Below are positions 25,615-37,613 of a stretch of 64,000 bases of DNA, one piece after another. How positions within the stretch are numbered: the first letter of the stretch is position 1; the number at the start of each line of letters is the position of its first letter. Below the pieces are notes generated by a model. The model did no database searches, was not told the DNA's origin, and saw nothing but the letters and a program-made list of their open reading frames with translations. A program made the position numbers and the translations under genes. The stretch covers positions 1 through 64,000 of the forward strand of contig MU004182.1 in the NCBI GenBank assembly GCA_010093605.1, given 5' to 3'. This DNA is from Lophium mytilinum (taxonomy: Eukaryota).

Positions 25615-26602
25615 ATGAAACCAATGATCCTCTTTTCACTGTCTCTGCTTCCACTCGCATTCGCTGCGACAACCACTCAATGCGAATGCGCATGGGTTAA
25701 ATGTGGAGGCACCGCCGCACAGGTATGTCTGGGCGACATATTCGAAGCATTCCCTCAACCCCTAGTAATCCAGCCACCTTTTCTAACCCCCGTTCCACCA
25801 GATCTGTCAATGCCAAAACTCCGCGCAAATATCCTGTGCCTCAAAATGCGGCGGGACCCCTACCCTCCTCGTGAGTCTTCCGCGTAGTTCCCATCCCAGC
25901 TTGACACCCGCCCGTGATCTGGCCCAGATTTCAACATGCCGCTCCCTTTCACCCATCTAGTCCAGCTAATCCTCTGCATCGTGGCCGTCCAGCCCTGTCC
26001 CATGGACCCACCGGCTTCCTCGGCCTCGCCAACCTCAACGACACCAGAATGGCTTCCTGAGCCGACGCAGACATGCGAGTGCGAGGCGTACATGTGTATA
26101 CAGTCCTGGCCGGAAGTGAGTTTCCTGACCTCTTATCGGCCTCGTTCGATCTCTTGCTAACGCCCGCCGCTAGTCGTGCATTTGCGAGAATGAAGCCAAG
26201 GTGGAGTGCTACCACAAATGCGGCGGTCCGGCCCCTGAACTACAAGTATGCCTCTGAACCCATACCCTATTCTGCGTAAACGCCGCCCCTTCCTCTCAGT
26301 GCACCGAATCTCAGCTCACCTATTGGGCTTAGACATGCAGCGGGCTCACTTACGCCAAATGCGGCGGCGGACGCGCGAGTTACCAAACCTGCGCGGACGG
26401 ATACATTTGTATTGACGACCCGTATTCGACTGGGTGCGGGCTGGCGTGCGATCAATATGGGATTTGTGTTGAGAATAAGATGTGTGGGGGGTTTACGGGG
26501 GAGAATTGTCCGCATGTGGGACAGATTTGTGTGGATAATCCGGATGATGGGTGTGATCCGAAGAAGGGTGGGGCAGATTGTGGGGGATTGTGTGCTGGGT
26601 AA
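25615..26602 (+). CDS. secreted cysteine-rich modular protein (213 aa, 28 Cys), candidate effector
   Basis: Exons 25615-25722, 25802-25870, 25993-26115, 26174-26245, 26333-26602, all with GT-AG introns. Signal peptide MKPMILFSLSLLPLAFA; open frame to TAA. Confidence 0.88.
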
Positions 26603-28386
26603 GGGGGAAGACCGCACGGGGATATTGCAGGTGGTGTGTTCGATCTATCAAAAGTCTTACCTTGCTAGTTTCTCGTTCCCACTTAGTCCTATCTTCAAAA
26701 TATGGGCAATTCGACTAAGGTTATGTCTTCTGTCGCGCTTTCACAGGGCTAAGTGTTCATCAGCGTCATCCTCAAAGTCGTCCGGACGCTCACCCATCAG
26801 CTAAAACGGCCTCTCGAGTTCGTGCTGCAAAGAGTGCAACGGGTCCCTACGTCGAGACTCTCTGCTAATTTCCTCCTCTCGGACAGGCCACACGGAATGG
26901 TCACGCCCATACTCCTAGCGGTGCTTACTCTACGGCTATAGCACTCTGATGCGCTGCATAGGACATCAGGAGCTGCGATGGAAGCAGGACCTGAGCGAAT
27001 TAGCGAGTTCAAATGTCCATACAAGCCCCATTAGGGAAATGAATTCGTTGTGAGGGAGACTCAAGATCTCAAACGTGCCGAAAGTTTCTACAATTCGAAC
27101 GGCACTCCCACTGAACTTCAAGCACGCCTCGGCAATACCCCCACCCCTTACAACAAGCTATTCGGCATTGTCGTCAATGCGTCTGGTCATTCGGGCCACA
27201 TTGCGGCTGCCTTGCGCGCCCCGGCGAGCTCATGTAGTGGATCCTTGCTTGATTTTTTGACTCGATGGACACAACAGAGTTAAAGCACTTCTGTTCCATC
27301 TGCTCCTTAGACGTCCTTCTCATGGCTCTGGTAAAGCATCTTAAAAGCGGGTTCAACCGACAATCGAAGCCACATCGGAAGTGTTACTTCACGATATATA
27401 GGCTGGTGGGGGGTTGCAACTCGAAGCGCTATGAGGAAGTCTTCGAAGTTATTCCCAAGTTTATCCTGGAGCAATTTGCTGGTTTTCTATGAACGTCGAC
27501 AGCTGTAAGGGGGAAGCCATTTCCATCTAAAGTTGTATACCGATCCGGTTCCACAATCTTAACCTACGGGACTACGGTAGTCGAACATGAATATGCATGA
27601 TTGGATTGGAATGATTCTCTAACAATGGTCAAAAAAGCACGTAGAGAGAGACGTGCAAGTATCTTTAAACCCTTGTCAACTACTGCACCTATCATTCAAG
27701 CGGATAAATCACTATTTTTAAAACAAGTTTCATATCGCATCTTTTCATTTCTACCATCAGCTAAGATTTCGGACTTTTGTAGTATGCTATTTGTACAAGC
27801 CTTGCTCTGCAAATGTCACGGTGATCCTATTCCTATCATGATATACATGTTCGATCCTTAAATTCCATTGAGTAGCATTCAAGGGAAAAACACCCTAGGC
27901 TCAAGCAGAGCCGGAATTTACGTATTCTACAAAGCTACGCATGAATAGTAGTTAAGATGTGGATGTTTCACTAATATTGAACCGCTACCGAGGTAGTCGG
28001 TAGGTATGTAGAGTAGAGCTGCATCTACGCTAGCCTATCCCAGCTGGGCATACATGTAACCGAAGCCCCCTCCAACTCCTCCTCTAACTTACTTCCAACG
28101 ACATAGGCGGGCCGAAGGCAACGCAAAGAAAGCCACTTGTCGTTCTAGCTGCTATTCCCATCGCATCGCTTTCTCCAAAGAAAATGGCCAGGGCCAATTC
28201 GTAACGCGGGGTTCCTGCATATTCGTATTTTTTCAACAACATTGCGTCATCTTTTGCATCACGATATTAGAGAAATCAACATTCATTAGATTCAACGTCA
28301 TCAAAAGAGGGATTAATATCTTCCTCTCCTTTTTCATTTTGATGTGAAACCTAGGGAACACGCCTTATATTTCATACTTCGCCACC

Positions 28387-30149
28387 ATGTTCTCCGCTCT
28401 AGCGCGCACACCTCATCATTCTTTGCTTTTCTCTCTCGTAATCATCACAACTCTCTTCTCCCCAGCTTCAGCGGATTGGAAATACAAATCCCGCCCCGAC
28501 CTCGCCCCACCGACTCTAAACATTACCACACCGGCCACCTCCACCGTCTCCCCTGGCTACATCTTCGTCGCCCCGTACTCCTTTCCCGGCTGGGACCCAC
28601 CGCTCCCGCACGGGCCCCTCCAGCCAGGACCCTACATCTTCACATCCAGCGGCGAGCTTGTTTGGTCCGGCTTCGGCTACATTAGCGGCTATGTCGCGAA
28701 CTTCCAAGCTGCGAGATGGAAAGGCAAAGATGTTATTTTCGCTTTTGAAGGGAGTTTGAATGGGAAGAAAGGGCATGGCCATGGTCACACAACGATTCTG
28801 AATGGGAGCTATGAGGCGATCAAGCAAGTACGGGGAGCGGGGAGTAAGATATTGGATGTGCATGAGTTTCAGGTGCTGGATGAAAGAACGGCGGTAGTGG
28901 AAATTTATAGACCGACGCCGTTTGAATTGAAGAGATTCGGGACGGGACCGAAGAGTCAATGGATTGTGGATGCAGTGTTTCAAGGTATGCAGGATTCTGG
29001 CTATTGGTACTGGAGGAGGCTGACGTGAATTTCTCAGACATCGAAATCGACACTGGTCGTCTCTTATTCGAGTGGAGTAGTCTCGATCACGTGCCCCCGG
29101 AAGGTAGGGCAGCATCCCTTCAGAAAATAATTCTTAATGCTAATCAACACCCAGAATCCGTCTATTCAATAGCATCCTTGGCATTTGGAACCGGCCACAA
29201 CAGCTCCGACGCCCTTGACTACTTCCACATCAACTCCGTCGACCGCGACTCCGACCACAGCTACCTCGTCTCCGGTCGGCACACCTCAACCATCTACAAA
29301 ATCAACGGCACCTCCAGCGCCATCATCTGGCGGCTCGGCGGCAAGCACTCAAACTTTACCTTAGGCCCCGGCGTGGCCTTCAGCTTCCAACACCACGCCC
29401 GCTTCATCTCCCACCCCAAGTCCGCAGGTGACGACACCTCCATCGAAATAATCAGCCTCTTCGACAATTCCGGCCCCGAACTCCACTCTGAAAGCGGCGA
29501 ATACGCCAACGAATCTAGCGGCAAAATTCTTGCCCTGAACACCACCTCGTGGACCGCGACACTCCTCCAGTCCTTCCCCGCGCCCGCCGGCGTCTTCGCC
29601 CTCTCCCAGGGCAACACTCAAATCCTCCCCAACGGCAACGCCTTCGTGAGCTGGGGCTCCGCCGGCGCAATCACCGAATTCTCGCCCGACGGCACCGTAA
29701 TCTTCCATGCGTACCTTGAGAGCGGCGACCTGTGGACCAATGGCAACGTGCAGAACTACCGCGGGTTCCGGTTCAACTGGACGGGGACGCCGCACGAGGA
29801 GCCGGCGATCGTGGCGCTGACTCACGGCGAAAGCACAGTGGTGTATGTGAGCTGGAACGGGGATACTGAGACGGTCAGCTGGGCGTTTTATGGGGTCGAT
29901 AACGAGGGGAGGGAGATTATCATGGGAGAGAAGGCGCGGGAGGGATTCGAGACGAGCTTCTACGTCTGGAGTGGGAAGGAGTGGAGGGGCTTTTTTGCCG
30001 AGGCGGTGGAGAAAGATGGGAGGGTAACGCGGAGGAGTAAGGTTGTGAGAAAGGAAGAGTATGTTTATGAATATGTGCCGGGGAGGGATGATTTGGCTTA
30101 TCAGCAGGGGTTTTATGAGGCGCCTGGGGGACAGGGGGGAGAGCTGTAG
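28387..30149 (+). CDS. secreted arylsulfotransferase (ASST)-like beta-propeller protein
   Basis: Signal peptide, KSRPDL.PP, DVHEF, DYFHINSV, SGRHTSTIYKI, WRLGGK, QHHARF, SQGNTQILPNGN, VSWNGDTE. Introns 28985-29037 and 29104-29154. Confidence 0.92.
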
Positions 30150-30791
30150 TTGGTGAACTGTTCAAGGGAGTTGGAGAGGTGATCGGATGGTTTTGAGTCC
30201 GCGTCGCTGACTTGTAAAGAGTTCGTTTTATCTTACTGTCTATCTTCCTAGAGTAAAAGAAGATGCTGCAGGAGTGATGGAGCTCCTACGTTGCCCACGT
30301 CGGGGGCGTATGCGACTCTGCTGCTATAGCAGCTGTAGACTGAGTGCGCGGCCTTCCTAGGCAATAGCAGCGAGTTCATTAGGACTCAAAATCTTTGCCA
30401 ATCAGACTTTCCAAGTCAAAAACTACATCTAGGATATTGGACCAGGTAATGCTCCGCACTATTACAGCTCAGTCTCCTCCGCTATCGCGCGGTTTCACGT
30501 GAAGTAAAGAGCGAGTGCTCACACTGGTACCGAGGTTTCATTTTATGTTTCTCGAGGAGATATGAGTGGGTCTCTCTCCATTTAGAATCCGGAAATTTGA
30601 GAAGTGAAGTTCGAGAGACGGGGGTACAGTCCTATTCACTACTCCCTAACATAGGTACTCATGGCCACCCTAACAACTAGTCGACCTCATTGCACACCTC
30701 ATCATACAGTTCACGAAGGTATGCTCCATCCACGTCCGACTTTATCACACGTTCCTCCAGTCAGCTTCAGAAACGCCGAAATGAGTGGAAT

Positions 30792-31646
30792 TCATGGGAT
30801 ATGTCTACTGACAGGACTGGGAATTCGATTCCGCTGCAGCTTTAGTATCTTATGAACGGAGTCGATCGCGTCATAGTGGTACTCCTCTCCGTGCTCGAGC
30901 ACGAACTCTGAAATACGGTCATAGTGATCGAAGTCACTCGGATCCCGAATAAGGCTATCTTGAAGAAGCTTCGCCAAGGCGAGTAACAGCCCCTCGAAAG
31001 AGTTGACCGATCCGAACTGCTTGAAACTAGACGCGTCTAGGAGACTATACGTCCACCTAAGAAGGCGATCCTCAAGTTCAGGCGCAGGAAGCCCAGACTC
31101 TGTAACCACTACCGCATTGACAGCGACATCGATGAAGATACTGAATAACTGGTTCTGGGCCGTGGGGTCGAGGCGGAGGCGTTTGCGAAGCTCGGCCAGC
31201 GTCTCGTGCGCGTTGCAGAGGCTTCTCGCGCGCTTGCCCTCTGATTCGGGGCAGCTAGGCTTGTATTCGCACGCCCTCATAGCTTGAAGCTTGCTTTCCT
31301 CTGCGGCGTATGCCTCTGCCATGTTGCGTAGCCTGTCGGAGTATGATTGGCTGGGGGGCAGCGTTGGCATGTATGGATCGTAGGTCTTGTCCCATAGGAT
31401 TGAGTCGGCGTAGAGCGTTGATCGAGAGAGAGGCTTGACTCCTGCGGTGAAGAAGGCGGCGGATCGCTCGAGCGGTCCTCTCGGAGCTAGATTGGGCGTA
31501 GTTGACGAAGATTGGGACTCATCCCTACTTCCCTCGTTGCTAGCGTCTGTGCTCCCAGAAGCCTTGCCGGGGTCGTGTGAGAGCATTGCGAAGTTGTATC
31601 TCAGTTGGACAGAAGTGTTCGTGTCGGGAGTGAGGAGGCCCAACAT
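30792..31646 (-). CDS. hypothetical protein
   Basis: 284-codon ORF with plausible composition; no recognised motif. Confidence 0.55.
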   Translation of the reverse strand: MLGLLTPDTNTSVQLRYNFAMLSHDPGKASGSTDASNEGSRDESQSSSTTPNLAPRGPLERSAAFFTAGVKPLSRSTLYADSILWDKTYDPYMPTLPPSQSYSDRLRNMAEAYAAEESKLQAMRACEYKPSCPESEGKRARSLCNAHETLAELRKRLRLDPTAQNQLFSIFIDVAVNAVVVTESGLPAPELEDRLLRWTYSLLDASSFKQFGSVNSFEGLLLALAKLLQDSLIRDPSDFDHYDRISEFVLEHGEEYHYDAIDSVHKILKLQRNRIPSPVSRHIP

Positions 31647-32185
31647 CGACGTGTAGCCGGGCTAGCCATGTTGGGGCTAGGCGGCTAGTGCGGGCACGGT
31701 CAGCGTGGTAAATCTGGTGAATACCTACTTGGATAGCTCATAACCTCATGAGTGGCTAGATCCTGTTTGAGAGATCTTCAGAACGGCAAGTAGAGTCTGG
31801 GTTTCTTACAGCATTGAATTCGGATTATAGCTCTGACTCACTGCATGTATGTGTCCCCCCTATTCATCAATAGAGAGTACACAAAAGCTCTTTTGTGCTC
31901 AACTTTATAAGCACATCACGTCCATCATCACATGCTCTCATGCGCCAAGGCATCGGTCGGCTTGCCGTACTGTCTGTCATGTTCGGCTAGTTACCGTGTA
32001 ATGATTTAGAGCTAGGAGTCAGGGGGCGTCGTTGAGACATACATTGCAACATTGGTGGCAATAGCTAAAACAAAGGTAACGATCGAAAACAGCAGGCGAC
32101 GTAGTCGACGAAACTCAAATAAGTCAACTCTTAGCGAACGACTCGGGCTTAGGTGAGTTACGCGATCCTTCCGCTTCACCATGGC

Positions 32186-32548
32186 CTAAGTCACAATGGT
32201 ATTCTCCTGTCCTCCATCAATGATGTAAGAGGCGGCATCATCGTCGTCCTCTTCCTGGTCTTTTCCCTCCACAACGTCACGTTTCTTGTACTGACCACCG
32301 CAGTCTTGGATGTTCTTGACGGTTGGCTTTCCGCCATTCGCGAAAAATGGACCCAGACAGGCTTGATAGGCCACGTCACGTGCGGCGATATTGGTGTCGG
32401 CGTCGCCCCTAGCGTTGGCGGTAGCCGCTGTGGTGCCAGCGAGCACGAGGAAGGCCATCGCGGTGGCAGCAAGATTGTGAATCGTGGTAGCTGTATCTGT
32501 CAAAAAGAGTTTGAGGACGGGGTTCTTTGGACTCATCTTACCGAGCAT
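32186..32548 (-). CDS. small secreted precursor with basic cleavage sites (Kex2-type), 2-Cys core and acidic tail
   Basis: Hydrophobic LAATAMAFLVLAGTTAA; ...NIAAR|DVAYQAC...DCGGQY|KKR; TATAAA ~105 bp upstream; possible in-frame 45-nt intron 32541-32497. Confidence 0.6.
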   Translation of the reverse strand: MLGKMSPKNPVLKLFLTDTATTIHNLAATAMAFLVLAGTTAATANARGDADTNIAARDVAYQACLGPFFANGGKPTVKNIQDCGGQYKKRDVVEGKDQEEDDDDAASYIIDGGQENTIVT

Positions 32549-34230
32549 GATGAGTGAATGGATGGGCAGTGTTTGGGGCGGTTTCGATATGCAATGAATT
32601 AGTGAATTGGAGCGAGTTGATGGTAGAGTGAAGAGCCGGGAATATCTCCAGGTTTATACTTCTTAGACCTCTGGTATCGCCTCTGGAGTTGGTCATCTGC
32701 TTGCTGGGAGGGATTCGATCTCCGACTCTGTGTCGGGCTATGCACCTAACTCACTCCGCTTCGCAACCCCACCTCAGCCACGAAATCCGCCTCTAGGAAG
32801 AACTCCGTTAAGAGTGCGGTCGAAAGAGCTTTATTGTGGGGTACCTTGCGGCTCTGAAACGTGTGCCTTGGCAAATATGCACTGTCCGTTAAGGCACAGT
32901 ACGCACCCCTCCGCCATCTCCTTCCTTCAGAACAATTACAGGTTCCGGGCAATCCTACCCCGGTAAGAAATCGTGCTCACTAATAAATGTCAAGAGGGTT
33001 CTGCCTAAGAGATGTAACCGTGGCTGTTGCATGCAGTTGTCGTCTTTCGCGGTAAGAGTTAGAAGCAAAGAACATACTAGCATAGGCTAGCTTCTTTCTT
33101 TTTCCTCTCGTTTTCTAATGACATGGAACTAAGACTTGGCTAAAAACTCTGCTGGCAAAGATGGTGATGGATCTGACTAACCTATTGAACGCCTGCTACA
33201 GTGAGTTGCCGCCTAGTTGTCAGAAAATAAGTACATCGACTGTAGTTCCTTAGCGCTTACAGCTTCAACTATACGCTGACACTAAGCTTATAAAGGACCG
33301 ATCTAGTACCTTATGGAAATAACATCATGGCCCCAACGGTTTACCAGTATTCAAACACGTTCACCTGGGCAGGATAGACCTCCCAAGCCGCCAAGTGAGA
33401 GCCGATTTAAAACGCCAACTTGTCCGCCGTCACTTCCACCTTGGCATGGCTTCTGGGTCTTCGAGAGGAGGAGGCATAGAAACTCTATTGCTATTTTACT
33501 TCAGTTACCCCTACCAACATTTACAGGATGCGGCGGAGAAATGCCAGTTCCTCCTCGTTTTGATTTCATGTTCGTGGCTAGATCCAATAGGGTATGAGGT
33601 GGATTCCTATTTTAAAGGAATGAGGACGACATCTTCTTGACTCTGAAAATTGCTTTAAGGATTGGGAGGAGAAGGCACGGAGGTTCGATTTCTATTTTCA
33701 TCTTCAGTCAGTTCCTCGACGACGTGCACATGACGTGGCAAGGACTCATTACGACCGGTCATTTCCAATTGTCGATCCATCTTCGTTATCGGATCCAATA
33801 AAAATGCACGAGGTCTTATTCTCCAAAGAGGCGATGATGAGACACCCTCTATGCACGTTGCCTCCCAAGTTTCAACATCTACATCATCGATTGACCTGAG
33901 TAAGGGGCGTGACTAGGCTGTGGATAACTTTGCCAGCATGGATGAGTCTCGAAGGACCGCAAGGCCGTGATTTCTAGCCCTCGTAGGATGGCGCTACTCC
34001 ACTTGACACGGCTGTGCTAAGATGCCAGATCACTAATACAAAGTCAACGCGTCTTGGACGAACACACAAGCGCCGGGAAAGACTGCCCAAATATCAAACC
34101 GCCAATCCATCATCAACAGCCTCTTTTCATAGCATTCTCTAAATTATTATCGGCTGTTTCAGATCTCACTACTGTCTTCCCTTCGACCCGACAACCCACC
34201 ACTCGTTCGTTCCTTCGACGAACTATTACC

Positions 34231-35041
34231 ATGAAGACTTCCTTCGGCAACACAATCTTGGCCGTCCTTGTCCTCGGCCACTCGTTTGGGTCTGCCCGTT
34301 TCGCGGACGATGAGGAAACGGCAACGAACTACAGCATCGCTCGCTTAGAGCGGCTCCGTACCCGCGGTCTTCTCGAAGCTAGGCAATCATGTTCAGATAT
34401 TAAATGCATAGGGGACACACCCGTGAGTCAAATGGTCGTGATGGAGGAAGCTTCAGAAGTCCCGAGACACGAGCGGTGCTTACCAATTTCCTCGAGAAGG
34501 ACCAGTCAGATATTAAATGCATAGGGGACACACCCGTGAGTCAAATGGTCGTGATGGAGGAAGCTTCAGAAGTCCCGAGACACGAGCGGTGCTTACCAAT
34601 TTCCTCGAGAAGGACCAGCTAGAAGACCAGTGGCTTGACCCCATCTGCAAACAGATCACCGATGTGGACTCACACCAGGAGATCGAGGCTGGCAGCTTCT
34701 ACTATGGTATCCAGGGCACGCACAAACGGGCTTTGAGCCTCACCCACAAGGGTGAATACCTGGATCTGATGGTGACGTGGGAGCCGACCGAACCCCAGTT
34801 GTTGCCATTGTTTGACAATGTCAAGGTTGATCTGTGTAAGAAGGCCATTTCCAACGCCACGGGGAAAGACACCCACACGCTCCATTACGGGGCGATGAAC
34901 ATTGAACAAGAAGTCGGTCCAGTCGATCAAGAACAGGCACAAGATCCAGATCCAGACCCCGCCTGTTGCGGAAAAGCGGTCTCTTACAGGAGTCACGAGG
35001 CGAGGTCGTTGGGGAAACACCATCGCTATCATCAACATTGA
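34231..35041 (+). CDS. secreted hypothetical protein with duplicated intron/micro-exon
   Basis: Signal peptide MKTSFGNTILAVLVLGHSFGSA and a pro-region ending LEAR. Exons 34231-34422, 34500-34535, 34613-35041. An alternative 3' end at 35108 is possible if the GGGG near 35011 is frameshifted. Confidence 0.72.
34393..34618. repeat. perfect 113-bp tandem duplication
   Basis: 34393-34505 is identical to 34506-34618. Confidence 0.97.
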
Positions 35042-36273
35042 GCTCGGTGATCACAACAAGGAAGTCGATCTTTTTAATGGAAACGGGCTGCCACTGGCAG
35101 AGCCTTGAGAGTAAGATGGGTGGCGTGGGGTCGAAGTTGGTCGTCAGACCTGGCGGGACGGTATTGCTAGTGTCCCTTCCACTTGCGTACTGGCTCGGTC
35201 TTGCCGTTTGTCTCTGTTGTCGAATGCTTTCCAATTGTGCTGTTGATTTGTGTCCATCTTTCGCCAGATCATTTCCACTCGCATTGTCGTTTTGTTGGTT
35301 TATACTATACTTCCAGTCATTACCGTCTTGACAAGAGGCTGGTCCCATGCACTTGCTGTGCTTTCATGCTATGTTTCTTATTTTTTGTGGTAGCCTAATT
35401 CCAAAGATTCATGAAATCTCGTGCGCTTAACCCTGAGCGCCTCTTGAAACCGTACCCGAGCCCGAATAGGAAAGAGCTGTGCATAACGTCTGTTTCGAGC
35501 AGGTAGAGATTAATTTATTGCAGACTGGTTGGGCGTAATGGTCTGGTAAGTAGGTGGTGTGGTCAAACGTTGGAAAAAGGATATTGCTAGTGAAACATGC
35601 CACAAGTTACACCACAATGTCATACGCCCTCTTCGGCCAAGCCAAAAGATCGGATAGACTGTAGGTTGGTTAGTTAGTTGATTCTTTCATGTTGCCAGTG
35701 TAGAGGTCTTTTAGCTTGGAACGCGGGGAACTCCGCACGTGAGTGCCTAAATTTTCCTTCTCTTTTAGTTTACATGCAGCTTCAAAACCAAGCTCCCACG
35801 TGTGATTTCACTCGAATATGTAGGTTAATTGGATGCGCACCGTACATAATAGCCTGTGTAGCAATAGCCTAATCGAGCCGAAGCCGTAACGGCTATGTGA
35901 TATTGCAGACACGTGATACTTCACCTAATCCGACGTAGTTATAACACTATGCTGACAGGCAAATTTCTATAAAAGATTGCGCAGTGCTGCACCTACAGGG
36001 TCGGGGGCCATTCAACGCCACGAAGGCCTAGAGAGCTGGAGCCTATTGCTAGTGTGAGGTTGCAAAACTGCCAACACCCTAGTGGTGAGGCTGAGGCAAC
36101 CATGCGGATAGGGCGGGGTTCAATGCTGTGCCGTTTTAGCAAGAGTATATACGGTACATCCAGCGGGCGGTCTCGACGGCAATTATACAACCGCAATCCA
36201 CTCCCTCCCTCTCGATTCAGGAGACACTTGCACAGAACTCTTCAGGAAGAAACTTCCGCTTATCCCATTCGTA

Positions 36274-37290
36274 ATGTCCACTCCGCAGTCCACCCCAACT
36301 CCAGAAGTCACCTACCTCCCCGACCCAGAGCACCCAAGCGAAGGCCACACATCCACCATCTCTTCGCTGACGTCTACACCCTCCTTCATCATCAGTGGCA
36401 GCAAAGACCATTCGATTCGAATCTGGTCCAAGCAAACCCGGTGTCTTGCCTACCCACCGCTACTTGGTCACGTAGGCACCGTGGTAGCCATCGAAGCATG
36501 CGACACTCCGGCGTTGATCTTTAGTGGTGATACCAACGGCAATGTCATGATCTGGGATCTCACCACAGGAACACTGGTTCAAAGCCTTGAAAACGCGCAC
36601 GCCGATACTGTACTCGATGTTGCATTCAAAGGAGGGGTCTTAGCGACGGCATCCAGAGATCAGAGCGTCAAAGTGTGGGAGAGAGGACCAGTCGATCATG
36701 CAGGGAACGCATTCAACACTTTCCGGCTCCGTCACACCCTGCTTGGACACCAAGGCGCCGTTCTCTCCGTTTGCGTGACGCATGACGGAAAGCGAGCGGT
36801 TGCCATGTCTGGCGCGGACCGAGCGCTGAAAATTTGGGATCTGGGCACCGGCAAGGTCTTGAAGTCATTTGAGGGATTTGCGGGGGTGGCGGTGAAGTTG
36901 CAACTTATCGAGGCGGAACGGAAGGTTCTGGCAGCTTGCACTAATCATGCGATCATGATCTATGATCTGGATTCAGGGGAGGAAGAGGTTGGCGTCCACG
37001 GGCACGGTAATGTGGTGCGTGCTGTGCGGATAGTAGGGAATGGAGAGGAAACAAAGATGATGGTGTCGGCTTCGTATGATAGTACTGTCCGGCTGTGGAA
37101 AAGGGGTAATGGAGGACATGGAGCGTGGAGCACAGTACGAACTTTGAGCTTTCGAGAGGCAGTAGGGGATTCCAAGATGTCCGCTGATGACGCGAAGAGG
37201 GTTCATGATATGGTGGTGGATGAGACGGAGGGGTATATATATGCTTGCGGAGAGGCGAGGGAGATTGTGAGATGGAGACTCGAGTCATGA
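36274..37290 (+). CDS. WD40-repeat protein (intronless)
   Basis: Repeated GH...SGSKDHSIRIW, GH...IWD, AH...ASRDQSVKVW, GH...KIWD, GH...SASYDSTVRLW. Confidence 0.92.
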   Translation: MSTPQSTPTPEVTYLPDPEHPSEGHTSTISSLTSTPSFIISGSKDHSIRIWSKQTRCLAYPPLLGHVGTVVAIEACDTPALIFSGDTNGNVMIWDLTTGTLVQSLENAHADTVLDVAFKGGVLATASRDQSVKVWERGPVDHAGNAFNTFRLRHTLLGHQGAVLSVCVTHDGKRAVAMSGADRALKIWDLGTGKVLKSFEGFAGVAVKLQLIEAERKVLAACTNHAIMIYDLDSGEEEVGVHGHGNVVRAVRIVGNGEETKMMVSASYDSTVRLWKRGNGGHGAWSTVRTLSFREAVGDSKMSADDAKRVHDMVVDETEGYIYACGEAREIVRWRLES

Positions 37291-37613
37291 TGTGGAGCGT
37301 CAAACGGGTCAAACTCCGGATTGTGCTGGTGGAATAGAAAAGGGGTATTTTGAAACATGGGGATCGCGAGAACAGCGAGACAGTGAGCTATTTCTCCGGG
37401 CCCATAGTCTGGTAGGATGAACTATGAAGTGATGAAGTGCATCGATTTTGGATATAATGAAAACCAGAGAGATGCTAGCTTCTACCGACTATTAGATTTT
37501 AATTATAAACCTTCTTACTATATATACTGAAACTATTACGAGGAGATATTCCTTGGCGATTCTTATCACGTGACGGTACCCGTAGAATGGCAGGGATAGT
37601 GATTCAATTCAGA

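Noticed and set aside
26700..27500. Fragmentary ORFs on both strands (possible pseudogene)
   Set aside because: No domain similarity recognised and strand ambiguous.
33620..33700. tRNA-like GGTTCGATT and CTCTGAA motifs
   Set aside because: No acceptor or D stems; cloverleaf cannot be folded.
34393..34618. CRISPR-like repeat interpretation of the direct repeats here and at 21532
   Set aside because: Two adjacent copies without unique spacers, in a eukaryotic context; simple tandem duplications.
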